A stretch of DNA of 59,141 bases, the filler included, from Sphacelaria rigidula (Eukaryota): the NCBI GenBank assembly GCA_964200075.2. It is 9 parts of 9 records of this genome, joined end to end, with 100 filler letters (N's around TTAATTAATTAA, not from the genome) between each part and the next. Parts side by side here need not be neighbours in the genome. Positions count along the whole stretch, not along the records: positions 1 to 6,483 come from CAXNAA020019812.1; positions 6,584 to 13,066 come from CAXNAA020019813.1; 7 more parts are not named here. One strand, 5' to 3'. Below the pieces are notes generated by a model. That model saw only the letters and a list, made by a program, of their open reading frames with translations, was not told the DNA's origin and did no database searches. Below, one piece after another: positions 1 through 12,819 of this stretch; positions within the stretch are counted from its first letter, which is position 1; each line of letters opens with the position of its first letter. A program made the position numbers and the translations under genes.

Positions 1-69
1 CCTACGGGTTCTCATCCTCAATGAAAAGCACCATCCTCAACATAGATGATTGGCTGTTATTACCGAATA

Positions 70-450
70 TTTGGGTAGAGTAAGTGAGGTCGTACCCAAT
101 ATCCCCAAACCTTGGATAGAGTATTGAGGTCGTACCCAAGTCAGTATTGAGGTCGTACCCAAGCGATTCTCTATACCTGGGTATTGCTGAGAGTGGTTCC
201 CCAAAATTGGGTAGAGTGTTTGAGTTCGCACCCAATCTACCCAAACTTTAGGTAAAGTATTGAGGCCGTACCCAAGTGGTACTCTAAATCCGGGTATTGC
301 TCAGAGTAATCACCCAAAATATGGATAGGGCTGTTGAGGTCGTACCCAAGCTGCTCAAATTTTGGGTATATGAGGCCGTACCCAACCTACCCAAACCTTG
401 GGTAGAGTAGATACCCGGATATTTCACACTCTAGGGTACATACCCTGCCC
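70..450. repeat. Array of ~7 TGAGGTCGTACCCAA motifs with related spacers (probably subterminal repeats of a DNA transposon)
   Basis: The motif recurs at irregular 22-70 bp spacing and the spacers resemble each other (CCCAAA..TTGGGTAGAGTA). Confidence 0.65.
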
Positions 451-723
451 GACCTGTCCTTCGATGATTTGTACATTGAGGTTTATTTTCTGAAGGGATG
501 AGGTGTTGCTCAGAACTAAACGCGAGGAAAAGTGAGCTATCCTTCAGGGACATCCTGTACCATGCCGGGCGGTAGTACTGTTCGGTGTTGCAGACTCATC
601 TCATGTGGCATTTTGCGCAATACCCCAAGGGATCGGTAAAGTTTCATCCCATGTGACACATGTGCAGCCTGCCGCAATTGTTTTTGAAGCAGTGGATGTT
701 GATGGCTAATCGGAACTGCCCAC

Positions 724-1047
724 ACTCCCTCCTAAACTATCACGCGGCCACATTCTAGATAGCTGTAGCACCTGGATAAATCTGCATCTTTAACTGGAAC
801 AATTACCGTTCAACACCGAGGAAGGTGATTTGTTGTGATCCTGATAGCTATAGTACAGATACAGAGGAGATCCCAGATAGTCGGAACTTTCCATATTCCC
901 TCCTTAAATATCACTCGGTCACATTCAAGTTAGATGTAGCACCTGGATAAGTCTGCATCTCTAAGTGGAACAATTACCGTTCAACACCGAGGAAGGTGAT
1001 TTATTGTGATTCTAATAGCCATAGTGCAGATACAGAGAAGAGCTCTG
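724..1047. repeat. Tandem duplication, period ~171 bp (724-872 / 895-1047)
   Basis: Identical core TGGAACAATTACCGTTCAACACCGAGGAAGGTGATTT with diverged flanks. Confidence 0.85.
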
Positions 1048-1576
1048 AAAAAATATGACGACATCGGGCGCTGTACGAAAACCAATCAAGCATCCATTTC
1101 GTTCTTATACAAAGGTAGAACTGCGAATCCCAGATTACAAATCACAATCATTACTTCGAAGTACAAGACAGCACGAGGCGCAAGTAATCCACCGGTGATC
1201 GCAACAATTCAGTGAAACAATGAAAACACGTCGAGAGTGCGTCACAACTGCAACCAGAAATATTTGTACAACAACCGAGACATGAACAGAAATTGCGGAT
1301 GTATGAAATGATACAAATACCGAATATCCCAACAACCAGCAACTGACAAGCAAGGTTTGCAAAGCATGACGTTTACCTATGCCACGATGCTCAAACCAAA
1401 AACGACCTACTCGAATCTTCTCCTGTCACCATGCCAAACATTAGGTACCACACGCTGTGGTGATACCTTTCACTTTTCGAAACAAGATGTGAACGAGAAA
1501 TGAACACGAAGGATACTATCATGCGTACCTCTTAACGACACTTCACAACAGATACGGGGCCTCACGCAGAATGTAT

Positions 1577-1975
1577 ACTGTACTCCGGGTACTCTACAAT
1601 ACTCCTTATTTCGGAAAGCAGGTACTCCGTGTCAATGGGGGACTGAGTATTTCCCTGAGTACACCGAGTACGACCCCGAGTATTTTGGATCGTGGGTGTC
1701 CCAGGTACTCCCGATACTCAGTACTTTCTGAAGTCGGTATACCGGGTACTTCGGAGTACCTAGCGTTTCCGGGAGCGGGTAATCAAGGTAGTCGGAGTAC
1801 TGAGTATTCCACCGAGTTCACCGAGTATAACACATAGGATATTGGGGGGTGGATACTCCGGGTACTCTGGATACCGAGTATTTTACTCAGTATATCGAGA
1901 ACGACACCGAGTATTCGGGCGGTGTATTCCTGGTACGTTGGGATACTCAGTATTTTCGGCACTTGGTACTCCGGA
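1577..1975. repeat. GTACTC/GAGTAC-rich sub-repetitive element
   Basis: Many copies of GGTACTCC and CCGAGTA in both orientations. Confidence 0.6.
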
Positions 1976-4900
1976 CGTCAACGGCACACCTTGTTTTGGC
2001 GTTCAGGACCGTCGCCAACAGAGCGTCGTCATTATTCCTTCTCCTATCACTGTTTCAATTATTCGCAGGCGCCGCAGCCGCAGTTGCTGCCTGCGTCCCG
2101 GTCGGACCTGCATACGCACTAGCGACGAGCGTGGTATACTCGCTGTACGTGCTTGCTGGTGCAGCTGCACCGCCGCCGTTGCTCGTGCCCCCTGCCCCCC
2201 CCCCCCCCCCCGTCCATACCGAGGCTGTCATCCACACACAAACAAGATAACGAATATGGTACGCTTCGGGCCGAGTAATCTTAGCCGGATGTAGTTCACC
2301 CTTCATGCGACTCACCGAGCACATTACGGTGCTTCGCGCTTGGTGACTGCGAGCCTGGTCCGGCGAAAATCCGGCGTGCTCCGTCCCAGCTTTGTTTGTA
2401 GGGATGCGAGATTAATGGTCTGATGACTACGGTATGCAAGATCATGCGTGTAACCCTGGTCTGTATCACTCGGTATCTCGTGTGTGAAAAAAATAAAGCT
2501 AAACTTCCTTCGGCGAACCGTCAGGGATCGTAGGGTACCTGCAGTGTTCTACTTTGCCCTGACGCCGTTTGATCGATTCAAACTTTAATGTGGGATGCTG
2601 TGCCTCAAAACCAGTGCTTGAGATTTCGTGAATGTGCATCGTTGCGCTGGAACCTGATCTCATCGTGTTTATTTCGAAGAGCTACAGGCATAGTGTCGTG
2701 CGGACAGGACAGCACAGAAAAATATCACGTGAACGTTCCCGATGTACTGTCCCGTCCCGTTTTCCATTTTCGGTCTTGTCTCGTCCCGTCTCCTTGAGGG
2801 GGTCGGAAGTTTTGTCCCGAAGTATCGTGACAAACCCTGACGGGTATTGGGATAGTTACGACGGCCGGCACAAATGGGTGATTCAAAAGACGAGCTGAGA
2901 AACAAGTGGGGGGGAAAAGCGCATGGCACGCGAAAGGGACCGCTATCAGGATACCGTATTTATACAGAATGCAAGGCAACAAGACCGGGTTTCAACAAAG
3001 GGCACTTTCGCTGGATCGTTGCCACTGATCACGCTGTAAAAAACGCTCTAATGTTCGCTCCGATGACAGGTCCGTAGGTTGTGCACCTGCATACCTACTC
3101 CGCGTCCAACTGATGAATTTGTTGAGGAACCCTGAAATCATCTGCTGAACAATTTTCAAGGTTGTTAGTCGCTCTGCAGGATTTTGAGCCCCCATTTCAA
3201 AGTTCGGTTGCCAAGTTGTTGCGCCAATTTTACACGGGACGGTCTACTGTAGATACATATATATTTATGTATATTAATATATTTTGTCCCATGCGCAGCA
3301 GCATTTGCGGGGATATTTTCGGCATAATTTTCAGCGTGTAAAATTCCCCCCCCCCCAAATTTCGTAATGCCTTCCTGTCAGCGCTCCAAAGCCCAAATAT
3401 TGGCTATGCTGCCGTGTCAGTGCTCTCGGCGAAGGTTTGGTCGCCAAGTTCTCTCTTCTCCGGTTTCATTGCGTGATGTACCGGGTATGCAAAATAGACC
3501 GACAACCCGTTTTTGTTCAACGCGTGATTCACTGATTTATCTTACTAGCTTTTTGTTTGCGTTCCAATGAACTGGGGCTTAGTTCCAACACGTTTTTCAA
3601 CACGGGCCGCGCTCATTCCCGTTCGGAATGCTTTTTATACGTTTAAACCTTAACACGGGTAGTCGATCTCGATCACACATACTTTTTTTAGGTGAAATTG
3701 ATGTCGATTCCGCAGGTGACCTACCCTCGCGGTCAACGGGTTGAGCCGCGCTGGGTCGTTACGCTGCTCTTTTCCGGTGATACAGGGTGGTCTCTGGCGA
3801 TATTTATCCCACGAGAAGGTGGAGTCGGTGCCACTGTTGGTCGAACGGCCAAGCATATTCCGTTCCTCAACAAATTCAGACAAAATCAGTGATCACAATC
3901 CGCCTTTCAGCAACAACTAGGTCTTCATGGAGAAGAGTTCGTGCTGCGTGTTCTCTCGCTTCGAGCAACCGTCTTCGGGCTTCCTCAGCTTCTCGGCGCC
4001 CCAAAAACACACTACCTTTCGCAGAATATTTGCTGAGGGAGGCCAGGCCGACTTGGCGAAATGCGGCCGGCATGATTTCACCATCATTCGGCGAAAACGG
4101 AGGTCAATAACACTATCGACGCTTTGGGAGTCGCTGCCGGCAAGAGAAACCGCACCTCATGCTTACGGTGATAGTCCTAGTAGTTCGTATCCTTAAAGAT
4201 GAAGGAAATTGAGAACTTTACGTGGGGAAAGCGATCACTCTCAACACTGGCAGACAGCTTTGCACATTATTTGTCAAGCTTTTCATTCGCCGTGGACCCG
4301 CTTGTGTCCTGTGCAACATTTCGGTATGCCCAGATACTGATTAGCCAAAATGTGGGTACAGGTACACGCGACCGCGGGAGAAGACTGTGCCGGGCCCAAG
4401 CCAACTCAAAACTCAATCCCGGCGCAAAAGCCACGCACCCCACAGCCCGCGCAGAGTATGCATAACACTTTCGCGAACTCTCCGGCGCGAGATAGGGCCA
4501 AACAATATCGCAGGGTTTTTTTCTCTCTGTTTTTTGTCCATCGGCGCTGCTTTTTGGTAGTTCTGCATTGATCGGTGAGTAATGTGCCGGTGTGATTGGT
4601 ATACTCTCCATCATGTAATCATATGAAATAATGTACTGCATGTGTCAACAGCCGGTTATTGACCTTAGTTGCTAGCCCATGTCATGTCGAGACCCTCCCC
4701 AAAAAAGTGAGAAACGAAGCAAGCGTCCAAGAGCAGGTTGTTGATTAGTCGTCGCAGCCATAGACCCGCCTGGAAATCAATCGACGCGCTGCTTTTCGAC
4801 GCTTGGCGCTTGTGTGATATCTCGCTCTTTTCGTCTCGATAATACACGGTCTAAGGGTGAAGGATATTGGGCTTATCTTGCAGAAGTCCAGATATAGAAA

Positions 4901-6483
4901 ACATTTTTGATTTTTTTTCCTTTTTTTTTACGTCATAGTCTGCTCTGCCGTTCTGTTCGACTTTTCCTGCCTTTTTTTTCTCTGCAGCGAGTGTTTCGGT
5001 TTCTTGTCTTGCGTACGTCTGTCATGTGACCACGGCGTACGTCTGTTATGTGACCACGGCTGGATCCCTGGGGGGTCAGTTAAAGTGCGACAATCAATCA
5101 AATCTAAGATCAAACAATGAGTCATCACCTTGTGGTTGCATTGTGTCAATCCGTACACTAGAGACCGCGGCGGGTTCCCATGTTGACGTTGAGTAAATCG
5201 AGCGGTGTCATTACCGCAATAGGCATTTACATACGTCTCGAATCCAGCTGCACGAGGATGAGGCGCCCACAGAGGTCGATTATGCGGTGCAGTAGTTTTT
5301 GTGTAAGTAGTTGTGTGCACACATGGAGTAGTATTCGTTACTTTTATATCGATGCCCCCACACGTAACGTTGCACGGGGCACATGCTATTTCACCATTCG
5401 GGCTGATTGTGATCTCTGATCATGATCTCTGTGATACAATCTCGTAGCAATTACAACATCGAAGATGTACAATCTGCAGCAACAACGGGCGCAGATACTA
5501 ACTTCGCAGAAGGATCCTTGGAAATTTCTACAGCAATGCCTCCTTTTGTTCCTGCCTGTGCAGGCTTGTTCAAGTGCATATTCAGTACGAGTAGGGCGTG
5601 TGGTGGTGTCATATGGAAAGTGTCCTACCGTCGACGCCAATTGTCATATGGAAAGTGTAGCTAATGCACTGGCTGGGGTTTCTCAGTATGAGTGCCAGGA
5701 GATACCATGGTGCCAACCCACCAAGCTCCCACGTGGGCAACCTCACACAGACCTAGCTATCCTTCCTTGACTATCACAGAGTAGGTTCATCCATGTTCAA
5801 ACTCTTGATAAGGAACTCACGTGTTTGCTTAGCATCATGTTTTATCTACAAGCCTCTCTTACTCAGCATAGCCGGGGCGCAGCCATAGGCGCAGAGCGTA
5901 GTGATGGCCCAGGGCAGAGACCAAGGCAAGCCAGTAACTGATTGAGGTAGGGCGACGCGGCCTGCTGCCGCGGCTGAACAAACCTAACTAACGACAGCAG
6001 CAGACGCGATAACAACGCGTCACGGAATCCAGGGTCTACGAGCAGACCCGCACAGTGTATATCTTGCAACGCCTCTGAGCTTCATCACAGTGGCCAAGTG
6101 TGGGAACCTTAACAAAACGTCAGTATATTGCTGCAGTGCACGTGTTAATTATCGTCGGGTACGTTTCAAGGCCATCAGAACCCTTGCAGACCAATCGGAC
6201 GACCATCGTGGTTGGGAAGAAGAAATAAATATACGAGTTGAGCCAGCCTAAAAACGGATTTAAGCTCTAAAAGCAATATCTCATCGACACAGACGAGTTG
6301 GGCCGTGATCCGCATATCGTATTAATCGCCCAATCAAGGGTAAGGTGCCCGTCTAATCAAAAGTTTGGGCCCACCTCTTCTCGTTGATTAAACCCCATGT
6401 CTAGTAGTTCCTATACCTAAGGGAGATAGCGTCAATACTAAAATCTCTATGAAACTCACGATCGATGCATTTAGCGGATGACG

Positions 6484-6583
6484 NNNNNNNNNNNNNNNNN
6501 NNNNNNNNNNNNNNNNNNNNNNNNNNNTTAATTAATTAANNNNNNNNNNNNNNNNNNNNNNNNNNNNNNNNNNNNNNNNNNNN
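6484..6583. other. Artificial contig spacer N44-TTAATTAATTAA-N44 (first of 8; others at 13067-13166, 19650-19749, 26232-26331, 32814-32913, 39396-39495, 45978-46077, 52560-52659)
   Basis: The identical 100-bp linker has stop codons in all six frames. The intervening contigs are 6483, 6483, 6483 and then six of 6482 bp, i.e. size-sorted and concatenated. Confidence 0.97.
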
Positions 6584-6958
6584 AAAAAAAGCACCACCCA
6601 ACTACTTTCGTGTATATATCCCTGTGCTCAACCCGTGCTCTGTGCTGCAGGGTTGCGGTGGTAGCTGAGAATGAGTTGGATGGAGTATGCAGGAGTTTGC
6701 ATGGTCCTGTGCACGGGTGTTATTTGGCGTGGGGGTCTGTAAGATAAGAGTCAAGTGCCGCTTCGTGCCTTTCGATTGCATGTTTTCGATCGAAAAAAAA
6801 TGTTTTTTCACTCGTTGCATTCTTCTCCGCGCGCCGCTAACTATAATTTTGAGTTTAGGCCTTCGAGGATCATAAATGCGGTGGACCTATCAGATAACAC
6901 ACAAAAAAATCGATCGCACTTTTTCGATCGAAAAAAAAAGTGCTAAGACACGCCCTTA

Positions 6959-7428
6959 GGCCAACTCTAATGGGAACCGCTGAAAATTCCTGTCGAAAAC
7001 TGCCTTTTGGGCCCTTCTCCGCCGATTTACGCTCGAAAAGAGGGCTAGGTGGATGTTGATGCCTTGGAATGACTTGCTCTACTCGTTGAGACCGTTCCAG
7101 GGCAAGTCTGCATTTCCCGCTGGCCGCGCTTCTGTTTTTGACCAAACCAGCCCAAACACGAATTTTCAGTGAAAAAAAAGGTCAGGTGATCAGAATTTCT
7201 CCCAGTATTTTGATCGCTTGACCATTTTTCATTAAAAATCCGTGTTGGGCCAAAAATGAAGGCGGGGCCAGCAGGAAATGCAAAGTTGCCCTGGAATGGT
7301 CTCGAAAAGCAGAGCAAGTCACTCCAAGGCGTCAATTTCCGCCTAGACCTCTTTTCAGGCGAAAAACGACGGAGAAGAGCCAAGAAGGCAGTTTCAAACG
7401 AGGATTTTGAACGGCTCCCAATAGGGGC
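6959..7428. mobile_element. ~470-bp foldback/MITE with ~200-bp imperfect arms, Harbinger-like (TTA-GGCC end); inverted copy at ~32938-33396
   Basis: The arm TGGGAACCG...GCCTTGGAATGACTTGCTCT...CCAGGGCAA...GCTGGCC is mirrored by GGCCAGC...TTGCCCTGG...AGAGCAAGTCACTCCAAGGC...CGGCTCCCA. A homologous copy is in contig 6. Confidence 0.85.
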
Positions 7429-7845
7429 GATGTTAATGTGCATCAATTGCCGCGAAAACGCGCTTCACGTGCCACCCGCAAGATCTCTATGCGGAGAAAA
7501 ACGGGATAAAGAAAAGACATACTTATGGTCGAGCTGCACGGTGCGATGTAATCGCGCACTAACTGCGGGTCATGGCAATCAATACTCGCTTGTCTTGAAA
7601 TAACCCTCCAAACATCGTCATCATCCTTGACTATGTGGCTGATGTATGCACCGCGTAGGTTCACCCCGCAAGTATTCGAAAAATCGTTCAGGGGAGGCGA
7701 CGGGACACGAGCAGGGACTGGGGGAAGGGAGGGGTAGAGGGTTGGACGGGTAGTAACAACTGAGAGAGGGGCGACAGCACAGATGTCTAGATTAGACACC
7801 CACGGCGTGTAGGACTTGAACTTGACTGCAATAACGACGACGATA

Positions 7846-7931
7846 ACTGCTACTGCTGCTGCTATTTCTACCACTACTGCTGCTTCTACTGCTTCTACTA
7901 CTACCACTTCTACTACTACTACTACTACTAC
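7846..7931. repeat. Microsatellite (CTA/CTG)n; others are (TG)n 10495-10544, (GAC)n 13800-13853, (TG)n 39304-39332 and (GCT)n 50629-50678
   Basis: Direct inspection. Confidence 0.9.
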
Positions 7932-8135
7932 GATTTCAAGTGGCGGTGCCCTGTTTTGTCTGCTGCAGTGCGCAACAAGCCGTTCTCCAGCCAACCCTTA
8001 CTGAATCGCTCCGGTGAATATCGTCTAGGGTTCTTTTTGTCTCACAGGCAGGGCGACGCCGAACAAAGCTCCGATATCTGCACGAGAGGAGGAGAGCGCA
8101 ACACTATTTCTCATTTTTGTCTGTCGCTGCTGTAG

Positions 8136-10493
8136 GGTGCATGGAGCAGGACGCGGTTGTAACACTAACAGCGGAGCCGCAGGATGGCGCAGAAGCAAAG
8201 GACGAGACGACCGAGACGCCACAAGACGGTGATGTTGCTACGTGCGCTGCTGCTGCCCGAACGGACGCGGCGAACGCTGGAGGGGGGTTGGGTGGGAGAG
8301 AAGAAGGAGGAGGACAAGGGTCACAGGAGCTGGGGCTGCAGGATGTATTAGTGGAGCACGGCGGCCGACCGCTACAGTGGAGGAATGGGTGATTTTTCTG
8401 CGTTGCTGTCGGTTGTTGGCGTCGATTTTGTTGTCGGTGATACGGTTGATGCTAATGCTGGTGTGTACTGTGGTCGCGGCGACTGGTGCAAGGGTAGGGT
8501 ACGCTCCCCCTCGGAAGTTCTGGATTGTTCCGACGGTCCGTTCAAACCTCGTTTTTGAGTTCCACCCCTACAAGTGTCGACGACCAGATATCTGAGTCTG
8601 TGCCATGAGTGAGAATAGACGCTCGAATATTCTCCGCCTACTGAAACAAAACAACACAACAGTGCGTACTGACGCGCAATCGCACGCCCCCTCCGCCCCA
8701 TATTTCGGCCGATGGTCAACAGCTGAGGCAACCAGAACCGAAAATATGCAGTGCGTCGCCAGTTTTGTTTTCGTCACCTTCCACTTTCGATGCTCCATCT
8801 TCCATTTTTCTATCGTCCTCTCATGATCACCATCACCCCCCTCCCCCCCCAAGGCGCCAAGACTGAGCCAAACGTCTCATTGGGTGCTATCTCTTGACCA
8901 CCCCGCTACCCTCCCCTGTACAGAATCAGAGTAGTAAAATAATCGGGGCTCGAAACATAGTCTCGTGAGGGAGGGGTTGGTGAAGTGACAAGTCGCAGTT
9001 GTGTTTGTGGCAGAAATTAACATATGTGTTTGTGTGTAGAAATGTCAATGCGTTGTGCAATGAATTGTTATATATATATGGTTCATGTTTTCGTGTAAAC
9101 CCCCCCCGCGCGCGCGCGCCTCGCGCCTCCCGCCTCCCGCCTCCCCTCCTGCCCGCGCAATGTCCCCGCGCGCCCGCTCCTCTCCCCTTCCCTGCTCTCC
9201 AGCCGCCCAGCAAGCAGACATTCGTCTTTCAGTAGTATCGCGAGGTCGTCTAGGCTCACTTCAGCGGCCGGGGGAACACCAGCAGCGAGGAGTACGGTTA
9301 ACAATAATATGAAGAGCTTCACGCCTGCCCATGGTAGGCAGGACAGCCCGAGACCTACTTCCTGGGCGAGTAGCCCCCACCCCAGTGCTACGAGTAGTGG
9401 TAGACTGTCGTGGGGTGGTGGTAGTGGTGTTGGTGTTCGGGGGGCGTGTGATGTGGACGGTTGTTCGTCGGAGGGGGGGTGGAGCATCGGCAGCGGGGGT
9501 GAGGAGGGTTGGAGAGTTGTCGGAGCTGCCCATGAAGGGTATCGGTGTCAGGTGCGTGTGCTGTTTTGGCGCGGTATTTACGGGGCTGACGTGCGATATT
9601 TATACTACAGTTCAGAGCAGGGTATCCGAATGTTGTTGTTTCGTTTCTCCAGGGTATCGGTATGTTGTTGTCCTGCAGAACAGGGACACGAGTGGTGAGC
9701 TAGTGGGATCTGTTGTTGCTCGTTCTCCACTTTCGGCGTTATTTTGTGCCTTTATTCGTGGAGTTGGAGATAGAAACAATGCCTCCGTGAGCTGTGTGTT
9801 TTTTCTCGTTGTGAATTCGGAAATACCGAAATATATGCCTTGCCGTTTTCTGCTGCTCGCGATTGTCGCATCAGGATATGTCTTTGTTTTGTTTTTTTGG
9901 TGGGGGGGGGGGGGGGGGTGGGGAACCCGCCCTTTGGGCGGAATGGTGAAGAAAAAAAGACGGAAAGGGCACCGGCCGGAACCCCGTTCCGGGTTCCCCN
10001 NNNNNNNNNGTGTTTGGTGCTCTCGCCTGGTGCGGTGGGGGTGCTGGTTGTTTGTTTGGTTTTGTTTTGTTTTGTTTGGGGGGGGGGGGGGGGGGGGGGG
10101 GTGATGCGAAACCGACCGTTCGGCTGAATAGTCGAAGACAACACGATCGTGTTTTCCTTTCCTTTTTCCTGATCAGCGATCGCAATCAAACCGTCTGATT
10201 TACGTACTTACGTCGCCAATGAAACACACATACACATTCACCCACACATACTTACACACCTACCCTTGTTTTTTCGATAGGTCTGCTTGGAAGATCAGCC
10301 AGCATCAGCGGGGTTTCTACTGTCCGCGTGCCAGCACACCTTTTGTCGGGACTGCTTGAAGGCCTTTATCAAGAGCAAAGTGTCAGGCGGCCAGGTAAGG
10401 CAACAGCAGTGGAGAGAATGCAGCAGCTAGTGCAGCGCGGGTTGGACAATATCCCCATATTACGGCAGAGCGGATAGATTAAATATCCTCGTG

Positions 10494-10547
<54 letters not shown>

Positions 10548-12819
10548 GTACACTATTTTATATCTCCAGCTCAACCGTTTTTTCCGGCCCGATCCAATCC
10601 GGCCGGGTTCGGTTGACGCCGTCCGATTTTGTTCCGTTTGGTTCGGGACCTTTGCTCGCCTCCTGTCCCATCGTTCTCTGGCCTCTTTCGGACACACCCC
10701 AGGTGTACCCGGCGTGTTTCTTTGTCCCTCAAGATGTAGAAGAAGGTGATGCGGGCTCCGATTCCGGGACCAGTGTGGGAGCAACAAGTCGGAGGAAACA
10801 CATCGCATGCGGGGTAACCATTCGCCCCGCAGATATTGATGCTCTCATCGGTTCGGATATCGCAACACGCCGAAAGTGAGTAACACGCACACCAACACAG
10901 TTTTTTTTTTCTTCAGAGAGAGTGGTAGTTTTTCGATCACGAGCTTTGCTTGCGCGGGTCATGTACAGCGTTCTCTCCTAAGGCCAGCAGCCGCTCTTAG
11001 GAAATGGGGAGTTGCCATTGTGAGGTTTTAACCATGGGAATGTACGACTACTGTGTAAAGATTTTGGTCGTCCGAAGTGTGTTATTCAGCGCTCGTCGTA
11101 ATATGCACTGGTGTCCCTGCTTTTGAGGCGGCTGTTTTGAAGGCGGGGCCTCGCTTAACCCTAGTGGAACCAATTGACGATTTTTGTTTTTGTGAATCGG
11201 CGTCATTTTCAGTCACAGAAACAAAAATCGTCAGTTGGTTCCACTAGGGTTGACGGTTGCGGGAATCAATGTGCCTAGGACCGAAGGTCATGAGAGTAGG
11301 GCAGCGCGTGCACTACGCCAAGTTGACAGGGAGTTTGAGTGGGTTGGACTCCCACACTTGCCCTGAGCAAAGCATTCCGAACGCTCCAGGCGCCTACTCC
11401 ACATGACTGCCGCGAGGCGGTCTGGCCGAGCCTCCGGGTAAATCGGCACACAGACCCGCTTGCGGGGTAAATGCGTTGGGTGACGTTTCCTCCTTCCCTC
11501 AAGGAGAAGAAATAATAAATAATGCACCATTCCTCTTCCGGCATTAGTAGGTAGGGCCCAATCCACTGCAAGGGTGAGTCCCATTTGAAGGCTGTTGACT
11601 TTTGCCAGCACTGTATTGCCTCAAAAGTGGGAGAGCCAACTGTATTAGCGCGTGTTATACGATGTTTTCATTTTTCATGCGGGGGATGCGGGCAGTACTT
11701 GGTACTCTACTGTACTGTGTTGCGTGGTTGGTTATTGTTGCTTTTTGGGACCTTTGGTTGGAATATGACGTCATATATGTCTCGATAACACAGTCAGTAC
11801 GCAGTCTACGCACACGCGATATTATCCTGTTCTGTGCCTGTTGAATTTTTGCCTGGACTTTATTTTCTAGGAAGTCGCTGACCCTTTACGTGATTCCTTA
11901 TCGCTTGTTGTGGTGATGGTGGTGCTGGTGGTGCTGCTTCATGATTGGCACATGATCACTAATTAGGTACAGGAGGTTTCTATTTTGTCGGGAAAACAAG
12001 ACGGCGAGAGAGTGCCCGCGGTGCAGCTATCTGCAGCGGGGAGACCCTGCCGTACCGGAGATGCGATGTCGGAGATGCGGCAAGATTTACTGCTACGAAC
12101 ACGGCGGGGCACACGAGGGAATGACGTGCTCCGAGTACGTGGAATCCACCGCGGACGGTGCGTTGTCTTTGCGTAAAATAGTTGTGCAAGGGTGCTACAT
12201 TTTTATGTTTAATCCCTCGTTTTGTTGATTTTTCTTTTATGGTTCTCATGTCCTTGGCTGGCCTTCGAATAATTCGGATGAGAGTTGAGGCAGAACGCGA
12301 AATCTCCGCAATCATGGAAGGACAACGTTCTATGCCATGCATAGGCTTCAGTTTGCAGAGCATGCCCCGGGATGCCGCCACAAGGCACAGCGCCGCTGAC
12401 ATGGAAAATCGGAAGGATGTCGGGGAACTATGTTGTCCAAAAAGCATTAGCACAGACGTTCCCCCCCCGCTCCGCCTCTTCGTCGTCCTCCTTTCCTCTT
12501 GTCTTCGATGTTTTCGATGTTTTGTCAAATTTCCCAGGGCAGAAACGTTTTGTTCCTGTTTTTGTTTTCTTCTCCTCTTGTTGTTGTTACTTGGATTTTC
12601 GCTCCGTGTTGCCCTCTCTCTCTCTCTCCCTCTCTCTCTGCTTGTCTTCACCTTTTTTTCTTCTTCCGGGAAACAAACAAACACGAAAACAGAAACCGAG
12701 CGTACGTTGGACTTGATCGGCCGCTTGACGAAGCCTTGCCCGGCGTGCCATACGCCCGTCGAGAAGCTTGGCGGCTGCAATCAAATGGTGTGCTACCACT
12801 GCGACACAAGTTTTTGCTG
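8136..12819 (+). CDS. RBR-type (RING1-IBR-RING2) E3 ubiquitin ligase, partial; exons 8136-8388, 9203-9551, 10281-10394, 10703-10875, 11967-12157, 12693-12819
   Basis: GT-AG junctions have consistent phases (2,0,0,2,1). RING1 reads ...EGYRCQ|VCLEDQPASAGFLLSACQHTFCRDCLKAFIKSKVSGGQ|VYPAC. IBR reads ECPRC..MRCRRCGKIYCYEHGGAHEGMTC. RING2 reads [31 protein letters not shown]. The first two exons are low-complexity and less certain. The 3' end runs off the contig. Confidence 0.9.
11159..11249. mobile_element. 91-bp foldback MITE, piggyBac-like (TTAA-CCCTAG...CTAGGG-TTGA), in an RBR intron
   Basis: ~37-bp arms CCCTAGTGGAACCAATTGACGATTTTTGTTTTTGTGA and their inverse with 2 mismatches, around a 17-bp centre. 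Confidence 0.8.

Noticed and set aside
70..450. CRISPR-like array of TGAGGTCGTACCCAA
   Set aside because: The repeat is only ~15 bp, spacing is irregular, spacers are homologous to each other, there are no cas genes and the context is eukaryotic.
3750..4110. Minus-strand coiled-coil-like ORF (REAEEARRRLLEAREH)
   Set aside because: Short, frameshifted, with no clear splice partners and no recognisable family.
6528..6539. TTAATTAATTAA as a biological site or piggyBac target
   Set aside because: It is an assembly linker inside N runs.
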